Source: a virus. From it: a DNA stretch of 64,000 bases. The notes under the pieces were generated by a model. It saw only the letters and a program-made list of their open reading frames with translations, did not search any database and was not told the DNA's origin. Where the stretch lies: the IMG/VR virus record IMGVR_UViG_3300031746_000001; one strand, given 5' to 3'. Shown here in pieces: positions 62,245-64,000 of this stretch; position 1 is the stretch's first letter; every line of letters begins with the position of its first letter. Both the position numbers and the translations under genes were made by a program.

Positions 62245-64000
62245 TTAGCGGAAGCTCTTCGCCCAGTCCTTGTCGACGTAACCCCACTCGAGAAGCTTCT
62301 GCCCCTCGGCGATCGTGCGGGCTCCGATATCGTAGCGGTAGAAGCCGTCCGGGATCCATATCTTCCGGGCGCTGTCGTTCATGTCCTGCATGGCCTGGGA
62401 GATCGTCTGCCCCTGTCCCGTGATGCAGACCGTCCGGCCATAGTCCGGGAGGGCGATATACTTACCATCCTCCTTGACCACCCCGAAGAAGCCGACCCGG
62501 GCCCCTTCCTCAATCGCCTTGTCTATGCCGTAGACGATCGACCAGTCACCGCCCCGGGCCTTCATGACCTCCGTGTAGGGGTAGCCGTTCACGCACCAGC
62601 ACGTCCCGATCGCCCAGCGGTGCTTCAAGATATCCCACTTCGGCCTGTACCGTGGATCCAGAAGGGTCCCGTAGGCGATCCCCGAGAGCACCTCCCCGAA
62701 GCGTTTGTGGAGCGTCATCTGAATCATGTAGACCGGATAGCCGAATCTGCAATTGCCAGAGAAAAACGCCTTCCCGTTTCTTCTCACCAGCATTGCGTGA
62801 TAATCCTCCACCTCTACATCCCAAACCTTACCTGTATAGTGCTCTCGACCCATCACGCGCTTGTCCACAGAATAATCAAGTTTCTTCTCTCGAACGCTCA
62901 GAGAATAACCATCACTCCTTCGAGTATAGCCGCCAATGCCTACCGTTCCCTTAACCTTGCAAGGCTTGATATTTGCCACTCGACCCGTCTTAAATAGCAC
63001 CTCCTGGAAATCATCCGCCAGAAGTTTTGAAGTCGTATAGAGACTCAGTTGGCCATTCCTCTTATGCCAGCATCCATCGCCAAGGGCAAAGCCATGAACC
63101 AGGGCTTCTAAAAGCCGAGGTGAAAAGTTCTTAAAAGCTAAGGGGATCGTCTTAAATGAAGCTGTCTTATCTAACCCGAGGGATTCGAGAAAACCACATA
63201 GTTGCCGAGAATTGATTTGATAATGACCGCCATTCTTCTGGACCGAAAAATCAAATCCAAAGTTCTTCAATATCTCCTCGATCTCGCCCCTCCTCTTGGA
63301 ACCCCAGCTTTGGGATATGGTCAGGTGATATTTCTTCCCGTTCTTTCTCCGTCCCCCAAAACATCCCTCCGACAGATACAATCCCAAAAACTGCATAAAG
63401 ACATGGGTATCAAGCTTCCGGGCTGGATGAACGAGGTATATCTTTTTCTTGGACTTTCCAAGACAATGTTCTTCAATATACTCGGGAATTTCAATATACC
63501 TTTTGTCAGTCCCAAACCACGACCCGCTCCGGACTATAGACCAATTCCACTCCGGCATCTCCCCAGCCTTGACAATCTTATTCTTCCCGCTCTTGGTAAT
63601 CAATAAATTATGGTCAGGAGTGACCAGAATATCCAAAGCCTTGTTCCCGATCCTTACCATCTCGCCATCATAGTCCCGCACCCGCTTACCCACAATTTTC
63701 TTCCACTCTATCTCCCGGCTTTGGGGATTGATAGCTAAGGCCATATCTCCAACCACAACCTCCGTATACTTCAGCCAGCCCCGTTGGGTCAGGATTTCGG
63801 TCTTCTCGTCGAAACAGGTGAACTCAATGACGTGCGTCCCGCTCTCGTTGGCGATGCAGGAGACCTCCACGTAGCCCCGGTAGCCGACCATCCGCAGGAA
63901 GGGCTCAATCTTCTGTAGGGTCTCCGCAAACGCCTTCCCTCCGGTGTCATCGTAATACATTGCCGTTCCGATCTCCGAGTTCATCGGCCCGAGATCCCCG
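62245..64000 (-). CDS. second PurD-like ATP-grasp ligase, intein-containing, 5-prime truncated by the window edge
   Basis: GDLGPMNSEIG, IEFT|CRFGYP, YRYDIG; paralogous to 54246..55571. Confidence 0.85.
   Translation of the reverse strand, partial: GDLGPMNSEIGTAMYYDDTGGKAFAETLQKIEPFLRMVGYRGYVEVSCIANESGTHVIEFTCFDEKTEILTQRGWLKYTEVVVGDMALAINPQSREIEWKKIVGKRVRDYDGEMVRIGNKALDILVTPDHNLLITKSGKNKIVKAGEMPEWNWSIVRSGSWFGTDKRYIEIPEYIEEHCLGKSKKKIYLVHPARKLDTHVFMQFLGLYLSEGCFGGRRKNGKKYHLTISQSWGSKRRGEIEEILKNFGFDFSVQKNGGHYQINSRQLCGFLESLGLDKTASFKTIPLAFKNFSPRLLEALVHGFALGDGCWHKRNGQLSLYTTSKLLADDFQEVLFKTGRVANIKPCKVKGTVGIGGYTRRSDGYSLSVREKKLDYSVDKRVMGREHYTGKVWDVEVEDYHAMLVRRNGKAFFSGNCRFGYPVYMIQMTLHKRFGEVLSGIAYGTLLDPRYRPKWDILKHRWAIGTCWCVNGYPYTEVMKARGGDWSIVYGIDKAIEEGARVGFFGVVKEDGKYIALPDYGRTVCITGQGQTISQAMQDMNDSARKIWIPDGFYRYDIGARTIAEGQKLLEWGYVDKDWAKSFR
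62752..63816 (-). mobile_element. intein with LAGLIDADG homing endonuclease (355 aa)
   Basis: Starts CFDEKTEILT..GW; block B VTPDH; LGLYLSEG and GFALGDG motifs; ends SGN followed by Cys+1. Confidence 0.92.

Noticed and set aside
1-64000. tRNA or rRNA genes; integrase or att sites
   Set aside because: None recognised by eye; the excisionase-type HTH alone is not evidence of lysogeny.
1-64000. Alternative genetic code (stop-codon reassignment)
   Set aside because: Genes are full length and densely packed under the standard code, and all three stop codons are used.

Overview
This 64-kb window is a segment of a large contractile-tailed (myovirus-like) bacteriophage genome, and essentially all credible genes lie on the minus strand. 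In transcription order (high to low coordinates) it has four parts. (1) About 64-39 kb: virion tail and baseplate genes (hub, gp5-like spike, gp25, baseplate J/gp6-like, gpI-like, tube-like, fibres), an interleaved lysis set (amidase, holin, spanin-like) and two PurD-like ATP-grasp ligases, one carrying an intein. (2) 39.3-33.1 kb: a 2067-aa Gly-X-Ser collagen-like fibre. (3) 33-19.5 kb: a radical SAM protein, a nuclease-less Type IIG-like methyltransferase, three palindromic iteron/operator-like repeats and a 10-kb glycosylation operon (GT9, GT2, methyltransferases, HAD, FnlA/FnlC-like). (4) Below 19.3 kb: an early/accessory region of small genes behind near-consensus sigma70 promoters. The strongest novel signals are: five small beta-barrel proteins that share a C-terminal acidic-FGVxGx[LI] tail; two homing-endonuclease cassettes that inserted into genes and carry a recoded replacement end of the gene they split; a repeated two-hairpin leader RNA; and a phage-encoded T9SS-type cargo protein that hints at an FCB-group or candidate-phylum host. 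All family calls come from motif recognition by eye, not from database searches.
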